Assembly: GCA_030704615.1 (NCBI GenBank)
Contig: CM060732.1
Span: forward strand, 49,724,001 to 49,788,000
Source: Takakia lepidozioides
Lineage: Eukaryota > Plantae > Bryophyta
Length of the DNA: 64,000 nt
Direction: 5' to 3'
Shown: one piece after another, positions 40,757 to 53,411 of the stretch
Layout: the number at the start of each line of letters is the position of its first letter
How positions within the stretch are numbered: the first letter of the stretch is position 1
Notes under the pieces: generated by a model
Databases searched by the model: none
Seen by the model: only the letters and a program-made list of their open reading frames with translations
Told to the model about the DNA's origin: nothing
Program-made: the position numbers and the translations under genes

Positions 40757-43002
40757 TTGCAGTGGACTCGTGAGAAATCCCAAACTGGGGAACGTTCCAT
40801 TGTGGACTATATCATAATGGACAAAATTTTGTTCCCCCAGTGTGCCAATGTGTTGATCGACAGAACTGATATTGGTACCTCTGACCACTTCCTGGTTTGG
40901 ACTGAGATCAAAAGGTGTTTTCCCACCACCAAGAGATCGGTGAAACGTTCGATTCGGAAGTGGCGCATAGAAAAATTCCACAATGAGGAGGTCAAGGCTG
41001 AGTACGTCCAGGCCTTGCAAGAGGCTCTCCCTCATTTTGTCCAATCACTCCAAGAACTTCAGTCACGCTCTGTTAACGCAAGAAATGAAGTCGAAAGAGC
41101 AGTGGACTCTTGGGAGAGTTTCGTTTCCTCCGTGGCTGACAAGATCATTGGGAGGAAACTAATTGTCTGCGGTAGAGCAGTTAATTGGTGGACTAATGAG
41201 ATTAAACTCAAGATAGCTGAGAGACGAGCCCTCTATAAAGAGTGCTGCAATTTGGAAACCAACAGAGAATTGTGGGCGAGGTACTACCAGCTCCGTAAAG
41301 ATATCAATCAGCTTGTTAGGTCTCAGAAGAAATTATACTGGGACAAGTTATACAGTGAAATAAACTCAAACCACCATGGTGGTAAGGACAAGAAATTCTG
41401 GTTGGCCCTTCAACGTTTGTACAAGCCGAAAAACGGTCAGCAAGTACAAGCGCTGAAGACTACTAAAGGTGCAGTGGTGACTTCATCGGTTGACATTGTC
41501 AAAACCTTTGAAACTCACTACACTATCCTTGGCAGAACTTCTAGGTCTAACAGTGAGGGGTCTTCTGCTGAATGGAGGGACACAGTTGGAAAAACTGTTC
41601 CTATGATTCAAAACAGCCCTGATGAACTGGAGTATATTTCAATGGCTTATAATGCTCCCATTAGTTCTTCTGAGATTGTGGAAGCAATTGAACATTTAAA
41701 TGGATATAAAGCTGGTGGACCTGATGGTATTGTCAACGAGCTTATCAAGCACGGTGCCGATCCCATGATAGAGGCCCTAGTTCTCCTCTTTAACCTTATC
41801 TGGAAGACTGAAATGATCCCCTTTCGCTGGCGACAGGGGGTCATTGTCAATCTATACAAGAAGGGGCTGACGTTGGTAGTAAGACTTACCTTCATATATA
41901 GAATTAATCCGGGTTTTCCAGATATCCACAAGAAATCCCTTCACACAAGCATCAATCTGCTGTGTGTGATTTGCCCAAAAACTAGGCCTCAGGAGGGCCT
42001 GGGCTTTTGGCTCAGCCTCAAGACTTTCAAAGTTGGTAAACAGGGGTACAGGCACAATTCCCTTGATAGATTTGAAGAGAGCGTCTCTTTGGTGAGAGAA
42101 CCCCGGACAGTGTATCAGAAAATGAACACTGTCTTCAGATTGCGCACACAACGGGCAATTGCACTCTCCCTTTCCTCTCTGCTTCTGTTTGCTGTTCAAA
42201 GGTAGGCTTCCTGCCCCGAGTTTTATTGCAGATCCGTACTCCAAGGCAGGTCTAATAACGTGACAAAGCATGGTTTTCTTAACCTCAGAGTTGACCCCTC
42301 TGCAGTGGAAAAATTTAGTGAGCCCCAGAGCTTTGCCCTTGCCAGTTTGAACAACTTTCTGGATATGTGCATCCCAATTACAATTGGAGGAAAACTCAAC
42401 GCCCAGGTAAGTGTAGGAAGGGAGGACCGGGATCTCTTGGCTACCCCACTGCCACTTAAGATCACTTCCTCCCTCTCCTCTGTCGTTGAATGCTACCACT
42501 GCACATTTGCTGACATTAGCCTCTAGCCCCCAAAGATCAAAGTATCTCTTCGCGCAATCACTCAACTCCTGGAGATTGGTTGGAGTCTCCCCTATGCCTG
42601 CGAAGTCATCCGCAAACATAAGGGCTGGTATGGTGGTCACCCACCCTTAACCCAAATCCCTCACTTTCCACATCCTCGAGGAGTTGATTGATGAAAACAT
42701 TGAAGAGCAGAGGGGAGAGAGTACATCCTTGAGCTACACCTTGGTCTATGTCAAAGAAGTTGGACTTCTGTCCGTTAACAGTGACACAGCTTTTGGTGTG
42801 AGCATACAAGTTGTGGACAGCTCTCCACATCTTTCCCTTGATCCCACAAGACCAGAGGCGGAACCATAGGCCATCTCTCCACACTGTGTCATAAGCCTTT
42901 TTGACATCCAGGAAAAAAACATAAGTGGGTTTCCCTTCTTTTTTCCTTCCCTGGATAATCTGGCTTAGAGTGAAGATATGATCCACACAGCCCCTGTTTC
43001 GC
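40757..43002. mobile_element. Rearranged LINE fragment (RTEX/RTE-like): 5' part on + (40757-41867), 3' part on - (43002-41870)
   Basis: EN end (SIVDYII...TSDHFLVW) and KAGGPDGI..E..K on +. FLDVKKAYDTVWR, QGCTLSPLLF, LMFADD, YLGV and CPLC..EDSVHFLIHC on -. Confidence 0.85.
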
Positions 43003-44187
43003 CCAGATTGTCAATCTGTATTTTGTGCTGCCATTTGACAAGTTTACAAAGTTTGGGAAACAGGAAATCAGTCAAGTGACACGCGTGGCTGATCTAAGGA
43101 AGAATGTAAGGCAGTTTGCTATTGAGCTTCCAGTGTAGAAGCTTCCAGGTTTGCATTTTTCAATGATGGCTCATGGGGTGGGTTCAGCTGCTACTCCATC
43201 TCCGGTGGATGCTTCCCACAACATTGAAAGCAGAGACACAAATCAAGTCTTTGATGACATTGATGCACATTTATTTTTCAAATCCAAGTGGTGTGAAATT
43301 AGGATGGATTCATTGGGTCCTCCTTCTCTTAACTTTGTGTGACAACTTCCATCTAATAGTTAGTCTTGGGCTCCGGGTACTGGTAGTGCATTACACTAGC
43401 CTTGTGCTTCTCCGTCTTTGTTGGTTTTGTGTCTCTCATTAGCAGGCCTGGTTGGTCTCTCGTTTTACATGACGAACTATAAGAGCCAATACCCTCATTG
43501 TTTGGTGGCTTCTGAATTTGTGCTTGCCACTTTGAATCTGCACAGTAGTGTCACAACCATTTGTCACAATACGGCAGTGCAGCTTGTGAATGGTCGAGAG
43601 GACCTTCGAGCCCTGAAGGACATAGTTGCATGTAGTGGAGGCACGAAGAGCAGGTATGCTTGAGAGACATCCACTAGGTTCACTCGCCTTGGGCAACACA
43701 TTTTTTTTGGATTTCTCCAACGGACACTCTCATGGCAGCATCATGCTCCCTTTGCTGTTGCTCTGTTTTAATGCTGTGCTGGATTGTAAGATGCATTGTC
43801 AAGATTATATAATCTGCACTTCGGTAGCTCCTATTGCCACTCACTGCAGTCTCTTTCTGCCTTCCTGCTTATATCTGTCCCTTGCATCTAGTAGATCCAT
43901 TTCTACGTAGAGACTCCCAAGTTTTCAGCACAGTCTTTCAACTTTGATGACTCAAGAGGCACATTTGGTCACTGGGTGTCACTAGATGTTTCTTGAATGG
44001 TTTTCTGCTGCATGCACACAGGGCAGAGCCTCTATGATCACCAGCCAGTACAGTCTTAAGATCAGAGTTCTTGTGCTACTCTGCGCTGTAAAAGTAAACT
44101 ACAGTGTCACTTCACCCCCAAAGGACAGTAGGGAAGGTGGACACCTTTCTGCTGTGCATATCTAGTTGACTTATTTCCTTTCTGCAG

Positions 44188-45283
44188 TGCGCTGGAAAGA
44201 TATACCAGCAAGTTTGTTGGTTACTGCCTGGCTGACACTGAAGGAGGGAGGAGGTGTGAAAGTTCTGGTGCGCCTTGTTGTTGAGGTATTCTTCTGACGA
44301 AATTTGCTCTTGTGCAGTTCTTTGGAGGTGACTAAACCTGCTCAGTAACGACTTTCTCTACAGATTCTTACGAATTGATCCCTGCACGGAGTCCTCATGT
44401 CTCAGAATGCTATATCTGCCATCAATCGAGAAAGGGATGTTGTCACTATAACAAGAGTGAAATTGGAGAGATGATTCGTCCATTATGGACTGATTGCAGT
44501 GTGTGGCCATAGAGTCAAGGGACAGACACAGACAACCTTATTTATATGGTTGTAGGTGTATATGTGATTGTTTGGGGTACTTCACTTCAGAGTCTTCCTT
44601 CAGCTTCCTTCAGATTGGGGAGATGTCTACACAGATGTACCCCTTGGCCTATCCTTTGAGCCTGTGGACTTTGAAGCATTCTCCTCACGGAATTCCCCAG
44701 GGTACAAAAACCTATCCTAGCTGTCACGTTCAGTGGATGGCAGTAAAGTAAAAGAGGAGTGAATGTTTGGTTTTAGGTTGGGAGCTGACATCTAAGTCAT
44801 AGCATGCTGTTGACCAGCCTGCTACTTGGACCTCTCCTTTCACCCAGATGTCACGCATGTTTAATTGCACTGGCAGTCTCACTTGAGATGAAAGAAGAAA
44901 CAGACAGGAATTGTATGAGGTTCACAGGAACTGGAACGTCTCTGATAGGGAACAGCTTTGGTGATGGAACAGATGACCAATGAGGTGGGCAAAGCCATGT
45001 TTGCTAAGGCTGGAGATCTTGGTGTTCCTGTGGGCTTCATGTGCTTCAAGGTACTGACATGCATGCACCTTACAAGGCCCTTGCTTGCAGTGTGCTGGTG
45101 AATCTGATAATGAGAATAAACTGTGAGTCAGTGGGAGAGTGGCTAACCTCAGATATGGTTGCTTACCATTTTGTTTCTTGTGCAGGGGCTCCTATTGCAC
45201 ATGGAAGACATCGAGGAGTTGTGCACCGAGTTCCCTGCGACGACCGTGCTGATGGACCACTTGGGCTTCTGCAAGCCACCCAC
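44188..45283 (+). pseudogene. Amidohydrolase_2-family gene fragment (3 internal exons: 44188-44285, ~44968-45050, 45186-45283)
   Basis: ALERYTSKFVGYCLAD; QMTNEVGKAMFAKAGDLGVPVGFMCFK|gt; ag|GLLLHMEDIEELCTEFPATTVLMDHLGFCKPP|gt. No N- or C-terminal exons found. Confidence 0.75.
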
Positions 45284-46715
45284 GTGAGCTTTAGCAGTCG
45301 TTCTTTGATTCATGTCTCCCATGATGGTTTCCCATTCCTGTGATGATTTTTAACCCTTTCTTCAGTGAAATGCCACTGTGAGTGAGCGGTCTGTCGTCTA
45401 CTTTGGCAGGCTGTAATGGCAACTATTGGGGACCAAGAGCAAATACTTCCTTTTTATCAGATATAGATTGTGGATGGAACCTACTTCTCAGCTTACTTCT
45501 GGCTCTGAGTCGCGGGGCCACCATTGTGCTATTCTCCTTACCTCTCCTACACCACCCACCTGCCCTCCCTTTTCCTTCATTATCCCCCCTCTTGTCTGCT
45601 CCATCTTAACTGGTCCTGGTGCGACCTGATGTTATCTGTGGGCTGAGTTCAGCTGCTTGTTTGGGATGGTTTTTGCAGGATGGACACGACTCTTAAACCT
45701 TTCCCGGTGCTTATGATGGCTGGATGATGCCTATAATTATGCCTGTGATGTTTAACTACCAAGTTTTCACCTGGCGAAACTTATATGCAGCCATTCCATG
45801 CTGAAGGGGCGCCCTCTAGAACTCCAAAACAGATTTTGTCAAGTCCAGCATCACAAGGCTTTATCGTTCTCTATCTGGATTATTTGAGCTACCCAAAAAA
45901 ACCTTGGAGGAAAAGACACTAGTTTGTTTCCCCTATTGGATGATTTGCCATACCTTCTTTGTGGTATGATTACAAGGTCGCTGCAAATGCTTATGAAGCA
46001 ATGTTGGAGGAATTCACATGATACTTGGGGAATAGAAACTGGGTAAGGGAGAGGGCAGTTGGGTCATTTGAGACCCACTGAATACTCCAAGTCATCACCA
46101 CTCTTTGTCAGCTTAGATGGCAATGTACTTATTCTTCAAGGGGTAGAGCTTTTCTGCCAGTGGCCTTGGTATCTGGATGGCCTTCCCAATATCCCCATCG
46201 GTGAGGATATTCCACTATTCCTCCGCAGTCTTATCTAGGGGTCCAAGCACATCCGAAGTTTGGAATGTTTTCATATTCTTGTTTCCCACTATCATCTTGC
46301 CGTCTTCACCTCTCCCTTGTTACTGTTACTTACACGAGGCCTGGTTCTCAGAATTTATTGGTTAAGATGCTACAGTATAGTACTCCATGAATAGATTGTG
46401 GAGTCATCACGGTCAGTGAAACTGTCTTTGTGATTATTATTCTCTGCTATGTACTGCCTCAAATTTATTTGCACCGATGATTCACATGAGTCTAAATGCA
46501 ATTTCTGTACACATTAGCACTTTATTTGTTGATGCAAAGCCCGCAAACTGCCGTGTTCCGAGTGACTGGACAAAGGGGAGGCAATGTTGATGTACCTAGG
46601 CCGCCAAGCTGGGGTGCGACGGTCCATTTCATATGGACTGGAGGTTTGGAAGAGGGTGCACAGCTGTGGACCCACCTGTTTTATATACACATTCTGAAAA
46701 CCACTGCCATGCAAC

Positions 46716-47711
46716 CTACGCAACCTTTACAACCCTGAATTTGGCGAAGACATAACGATACCGTCGCTGATAAAAATTGCGAAAAGAATCCCTCTGCAGA
46801 CTTGGATGCGTTACTGGCGAAGAACCCCTTCAAGACGTAGTGAGAGCCATCAAAAAAGTCACTGGAATATTCGGGGTATTCTGCCATAACTTCGAAGCCT
46901 GGGAAGGGCTGAAAGGAGGTCGTGGTCCACTCCCACCCGCCATTTCGGAGACTCTGAATTTCATTTGACTGAACAAGCTCGCGAAGACGGGCTGGTCGAT
47001 TACCTTGGACCAGTGGTCCGATGATTGGGTGCTGTGAACAAAGCACTCCCCCTCTGCCATAGTCCAAGTAGCTGGGCACTTCCAACCCTCTTTCTTGAAG
47101 AATTGGAAATCTACAGGCTCCCAGAACTCCTCTCTCTCATAGCCCCCATCCAAGACAAATCGGTAAAAGTCACCCACTGTGACAGGCATGGGGCTCACTA
47201 GAAAAGGTTCAGACACACAGGTGGAAAACTGAGGATACTCGTTGTCCCTGTGAAAGACTCCATCTTTAGCATCCGCACCAAGCACCACCCTTCCTGGTAG
47301 GATGCGTTTCAGGTTTCGTACTGTATAATTGGGGACCACCATGTTTGGCTCAACCCCATTTGTTCGTCTTCCTGGATAGATTGGCTGACATATTCTTCTC
47401 AAAAGCCAATCTTCGCTCCTGGACTTGCATGTAGGACAAAGTTTCCAGGTGCATTCTACCATACTACCAGGGTCATGAGGCGAGAGCTTGTCTTGGCACC
47501 GGCTATGGCGTCCAACAGAATACGCCTTGCGTTCTGGACATATGCGACTACTTCCTCCGTTGTGGGCCACTTCGGCGGCGCTTCTGGGTGCTTATGGCAC
47601 TTGGAAGGATCAAGAACAGTGGGATCCATACCCCGAGAGAACGTAACATCCAGCTGTGATGAAGGCTCATGGGGCAAGATCTTCTGCTTTGCAAATGCGC
47701 TCATGTGACCA
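46716..47711 (-). pseudogene. Egt1/EgtB-like sulfoxide synthase (DinB-like plus FGE-sulfatase domains; ergothioneine biosynthesis family), frameshifted and 5'-truncated
   Basis: GHM...RGMDPTVLDPSKCHKHP..WP; RMHLETLSYM (iron-motif remnant); PVTVGDFYRFV.DGGY; GGWEWTTT.FQPFPGF..YPEYSSDFFDG.HYVLKG; SFRNFYQRRYRYVFAKFR. Confidence 0.8.
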
Positions 47712-47915
47712 CTACCAAAACAGAACGAGTACAATACATGTTAGCAGGCGTTTGATTCCGAGGATACGGATATTTCAGATGAGGGAAAGTCATCAAAGGA
47801 AAATTGAATCAAAGATTGGATCTGGAAAGCTCGTCCACCATGCATCTCTCTACGGGATGGCAACAGTCCTAGAGTGGGCACTATTAGCTGCATATTTAGA
47901 CACTTGATTTAGTAC

Positions 47916-48676
<761 letters not shown>

Positions 48677-49169
48677 TTAGGAGCTTCTCAGTGAATTAAC
48701 TGTCGCTTCAGCTCTCTTTCAGCTGTACTGTGAATCGAGAAAGGAAGCGGATCAATTGTTGGGCTACTGTGGGTGTTGTGCGAGCTCAGCTTCTCCTAGA
48801 GTGAGGGGATTGGAGCTCTAGGACGCTGACTTGAGCAGGATCATTGCGCCACTAACGGGAAGTTGCTGCAGCACGGAATTATGCGGTCAGATTGCGCACC
48901 ACGAGTCCTTGGCTCCCCGAAGGGAGTCTAACGGCGGTTACGTGCTAACGGCGGTTATAGTATAACCGTCGCTGGTGGAGGAAACAGTTGCTTTGTGGTC
49001 TTGTAGCAAATGAATGACTCAAAGCCCTCCTGCCATCATCCATCAGACAGGTGGGAGACGAAGGAAAAAGATCTGACGAAGGATCGAAAATCTAAGGATC
49101 GATGGTAATGGAGTTGGTGATGGAGAAGTGAGGAGGTTGTCTATCTTTTCTGCCTGGAAGGTTATTGCT

Positions 49170-50793
49170 ATGGTGAGGGGCGGAATGCTTGTCAAGCATG
49201 CAGCGTTCAATACAAGGATTCTCGACTATCTAGCATGTCCTCTTTCCAAGGAACCCCTCAGGTAGTGAAAATTGTACTTTAGGGTTGCATGATCTTTGTG
49301 TTACTTTTGCAATGCAAAAACTGGATATGGTTCTACGACCTTGAGCTATATGATGCCCCCTCGAAGGCCCTGTTGGTCAGGGTAAGACGATCATTCGAGT
49401 TTAGGGCATTTTTTCCATTCATACGCACTTCCACGAACCCAGCAGGAATCCCAACTTGGGATGAGATTTGAAGGGTGCCCCTAACCTTCAGGTTTGAAAG
49501 GTAAGAAGAAATATTCCCTTTTTATTGGGTTCTACTATGTAAGTGAATGATACCCTTGGCTTCAACGATGAAATGGCCTGTGAAGGGAGGTGAAGGCTTC
49601 AATTTTCAGGTCTGATCCCAATAACCTGCTCAAGCAGGTCTCAGAAGAGCAGTTCAGCACCCACTAGGTGAACTCTTCTCTTTTCATTGAATGTGGTCGG
49701 CCTGAGTTGAAAAGATAGGACTGTGGCCTGATCTCAACAGCTCAGGTATAGCATGGCTTACTGGTTGCTGGTCGCTGGCATTTTCCATGGAATCTAATTC
49801 TACTTTAATCTCGTTCTTCAATTAGGTTCTTTCAGGTAATTTTAGCCTCAAATGTGAAATGCTGGAAGGCTCTGTAGGGGTTTGTTATTCCCCATTCGCT
49901 TCACAGACTCCCATGCCAGCCTGAATCCCAGCATTGACATCCTGACAGTTGCTCTGCCAACCTGAATCTAAGATCTGTTTGTTTCTTACATCTGCGACAA
50001 CACATCATCATGTGAATCCAGGATAAATAAGGATCCCGTTGGTTACAGCAAGTCAGTCTGAAGTGTGAAATCCAGGTTTGATAGAGATGTGAATACAAAT
50101 AGCAAAAAAAGTAACAATTGCTTGTCATGTGTATGAACAAAATCTTAAAAACTTTTTCTCTAATTCTGAGTGAAGGAGGCAGGAAGATTATGGAGTGCAG
50201 TACAGAGAGCAGTTGGAAACAGTGTACATTGCAATGGATGTGGCTTTTTAGTTGGATGGGCTGGGATGAGTGATGCTCAATAGTTCCAATTGGGTTGTTG
50301 CAGATACAGTGAGAAGTCCCAGGAGCTCATCAACGATGCACTTGGTGTGGCTTATCCGGTTGGTCCTTTATGCATATAAATTGCTCGCATGCTGGATGCT
50401 AAACTCAAGACTTATTGATGTCTGATAATGATTGGCTTCATGTATTTAAGAATGAGTGGGATCTGTAATCTATATACTCTTTAGGGAGGAGGGTGACAAT
50501 TCAAAAAAGTTGGCTGCGATCAGCAGTATTTCCTGTAGTTTGCACCAGAAGCAGGCAAATTCTCTGAAAGATTAATCCTGCCTCTTGGCTGAGTATGAGG
50601 TTTGTTTTCAGGTACAATTTTCATGTTGACTCAGCAAGAAAGATGGTTTTCACAGTTTTTCCCCCCCTCTATTTAACAGGTCATTGATGGTGTTCCATGC
50701 TTGGTGCCCATGAAGGGACGAGTTATTGAGAAAGGCACTGAGAATCCAGAATCCGACTCCGCAGAGAAGACCTTGACACCAACTGACCTGTGA
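49170..50793 (+). CDS. PreY/Trm112-like (UPF0434) protein, 86 aa; exons 49170-49261, 50304-50358, 50680-50793
   Basis: MVRGGMLVKHAAFNTRILDYLACPLSKEPLRYSEKSQELINDALGVAYPVIDGVPCLVP.... GT-AG introns in frame. Trm112-like L.CP.SK.PL...YP..DG.P.L signature. Confidence 0.85.
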
Positions 50794-52209
50794 GAGTTAT
50801 ATGGTTCTCAAGATTATGTCTACCATGGTCATACATTGCTACAGAATTTCTGAAGAGTGCATTGGTGAGCTTACGACAGACTCAAATCTGCTGCTAATGA
50901 GATGTATGGTGTGATGAAAATGAAATCCTGCCAGTCTTTTGATAAGAATGCATGTGCGCAGGCAGCATTTTCGCCACCTTATGCTTTGATTTTTGGCAGT
51001 GACTTACAGAGCTGAAGTGAATGAAGATTACAAGCCTTGGGTTCTCCAGCATGCCAGTGTTTTATGCTAGGGGCATACTAGTTATCTGTCGTTTGTGTCA
51101 GAGATGGTATAGCCAACAATGGAGTTATGTGGTTATGGTTATTTCATCTTTGCTACACGATTTAGAGTTATATCGCCTCTGATATGACAATACAACATAA
51201 TAGGATTGCAAGGCCGAGATTGTGAGCCACAGTTTGGAAGCATTAGTCCTCATATTTGCACTAGGTGGGAGTCAGCAGCATTTCCTTTACAGGAATAGAG
51301 AAAATCAGAATTTTGCTTAGACCGACAATTGTACTTATGTTGTTCTGTAGTTGAACAGTACTCTGTAGATATTCACAGATTCAGTACACAGGAGGCTAGT
51401 GGTCTACGATCTGGAGGAATTGTGCTTATAATTCCTGAGAGACTGTAGCAGTCTATGTGCAATCTGTGTGTGCATGTGGTTGTGAGACCGAGAGGGAGAG
51501 CCGTGCAAACTAGAATTTTGGGTTTTACGGACTATAAAAGTAACATTGATGTGTATAGGCACAAGCATGGGTTGAACAAACCCGTGACCGAACTAGTCAG
51601 ATTGGAAGAAATTACCAGATGTCCTCCTTTCCACAGATACTGTAGGTCAACCTCAAAGAACGGTCTAGTTAGGTGACAATCTCAAGCAGGGCTTGCTATG
51701 AGCCATATGCAGCCCACTACAGGGTCTCATCCAGGACTGCCCTTTACTGTACATTGTCTCTGATATACAAGATTTGTGGCCGGTGGTGTGTGAAGTTGAA
51801 AAAACAGAATGACCACCACCTCAATATGGAAAGCAGAAGCACTAATCTCCCCTGACTCCGGTTTAGACAGCCTCATCTCTCTCTAGTCTGATTTATCTAT
51901 TATGGTCCGAGTTCACCCCAAGATGGGTAACAATCGTGGGGCTTCACCACAACTAGTTCACTTTTCTTCTCACTCTGCAGGCACAGGGATGGCACTGTGG
52001 GAGGCAGATGCTATCTCCTTGCATAGTTCGGTAGGCTTCTATCATGGAGAAGATTAGGGGGTCAGATGGTGGAGGTCAATGGTTTATCTATCTTCACAAG
52101 GTCTGTGGCACCTCCAAAGCCAAGAGTTCAGATCTGAACAGATTTCAAGATTTGGAAGAGAGCCAAACTTGTCTCCCCACTTGGTGAATTGTCTTTGTTG
52201 GCTCTGTCC

Positions 52210-52625
52210 TGCAAGGGATAGAGGCATTGTGGAGACTTCTTGCCTAGGCGGAGGACGGAGAACTAGGCTTATCCATTAAGCCTATAGAGAGATAGAGAGA
52301 GCCTAGTCATTAGAGGGTTGATGGGACCCGCAGCGGATAGATGCATTGTGGAGACATCTTTAGGGAGAGAACACGGCATATCCATTAAGCCTAGAGAGAG
52401 AGAGCCCCTAGTCTTTAGAGGGTTGTTGGGACCCGCAAGAGGCATTGTGGAGACTTCTTGCCTAGGCGGAGAATGGAGAACCGGGCTTATCCATTAAGCC
52501 TAGAGAGAGAGAGCCTAGTCTTTAGAGGGTTGATGGGACCCGCAAGGGATAGAGGCATAGTGGATACATCTTTAGGGAGAGAACTAGGCTTATCCATTAA
52601 GCCTAGTCTATGGAGGGTTGATGGG
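52210..52625. repeat. ~105-120-bp tandem repeat, ~4 copies alternating as two variants
   Basis: gcattgtggagac...cttatccattaagccta(ga)n...tagagggttgatgggacccgca recurs. Confidence 0.85.
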
Positions 52626-52934
52626 AATGATTCATGAAGCCCTAGAAAAAGTATAAAACAACAACCACAAAATCACCACAGGATAGAGACTCTTGTGGCG
52701 GAGCCGCTTGTTTATCTTCACTTGTTTATCTTCACTTCTCTTCTTACGTTTACAGTATTGCTTCACTTATTTAGGATTAGCACTTACTGAGGATGATCTC
52801 TGTTTGCTGGAACCACAAGCGGCAGGCCTTGAATTGATGTGGGGTAAAAAGACAGAATAGACTCTGACCTCCTTGATGTCAGTGGACTATGTCTCCCATC
52901 CTCATGTTGCCTTCTTCCTTGTCTCATACGTGAT

Positions 52935-53138
52935 CAGTGTTTTTTTTTTCAAATTTGGAAAAGAACAGGAGTGGGAGAATGTATATCATCCATATTAGGC
53001 GAATTCATCCAAGATTTATATTTGTTTTGAGAATTTTGGCGATTTCATCCATGAGAAATAGGGAATTTACGACAGAATATTCGATTTTGATTTTTGAGGT
53101 CGAAAAAGTGCGAAATTTCGCCAGAAATTAAAACACTG
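52935..53138. mobile_element. hAT-type MITE (204 bp)
   Basis: TIRs CAGTGTTTT...AAAACACTG with a perfect 8-bp TSD TACGTGAT (52927-52934, 53139-53146). Confidence 0.85.
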
Positions 53139-53411
53139 TACGTGATAGATCTCATTTTCTGACATGTTCCCTACCAAGTCATAGCCACTTTCAAAATATA
53201 TTTTTCTAAGTTCCCCCAAACAACTGAGCGCCTACAAGATGTGGGGTGCATTAGACGGTATGGCCCATGTTTCACACCACTGTCGATTGGTTCGGGAGAG
53301 GGTGCTTTCATTTCACCAGCCATGTCCAATCCCAAACAACCCCCTGTATCAGGCAGTATGAGAAACTCAGGAAAAAACAAGCATTTTTGGACAACTATTT
53401 GCAAGTTTCAC

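Noticed and set aside
40757-42205. 482-aa intact ORF
   Set aside because: Chimeric: after ~41867 it reads the antisense strand of the inverted LINE half.
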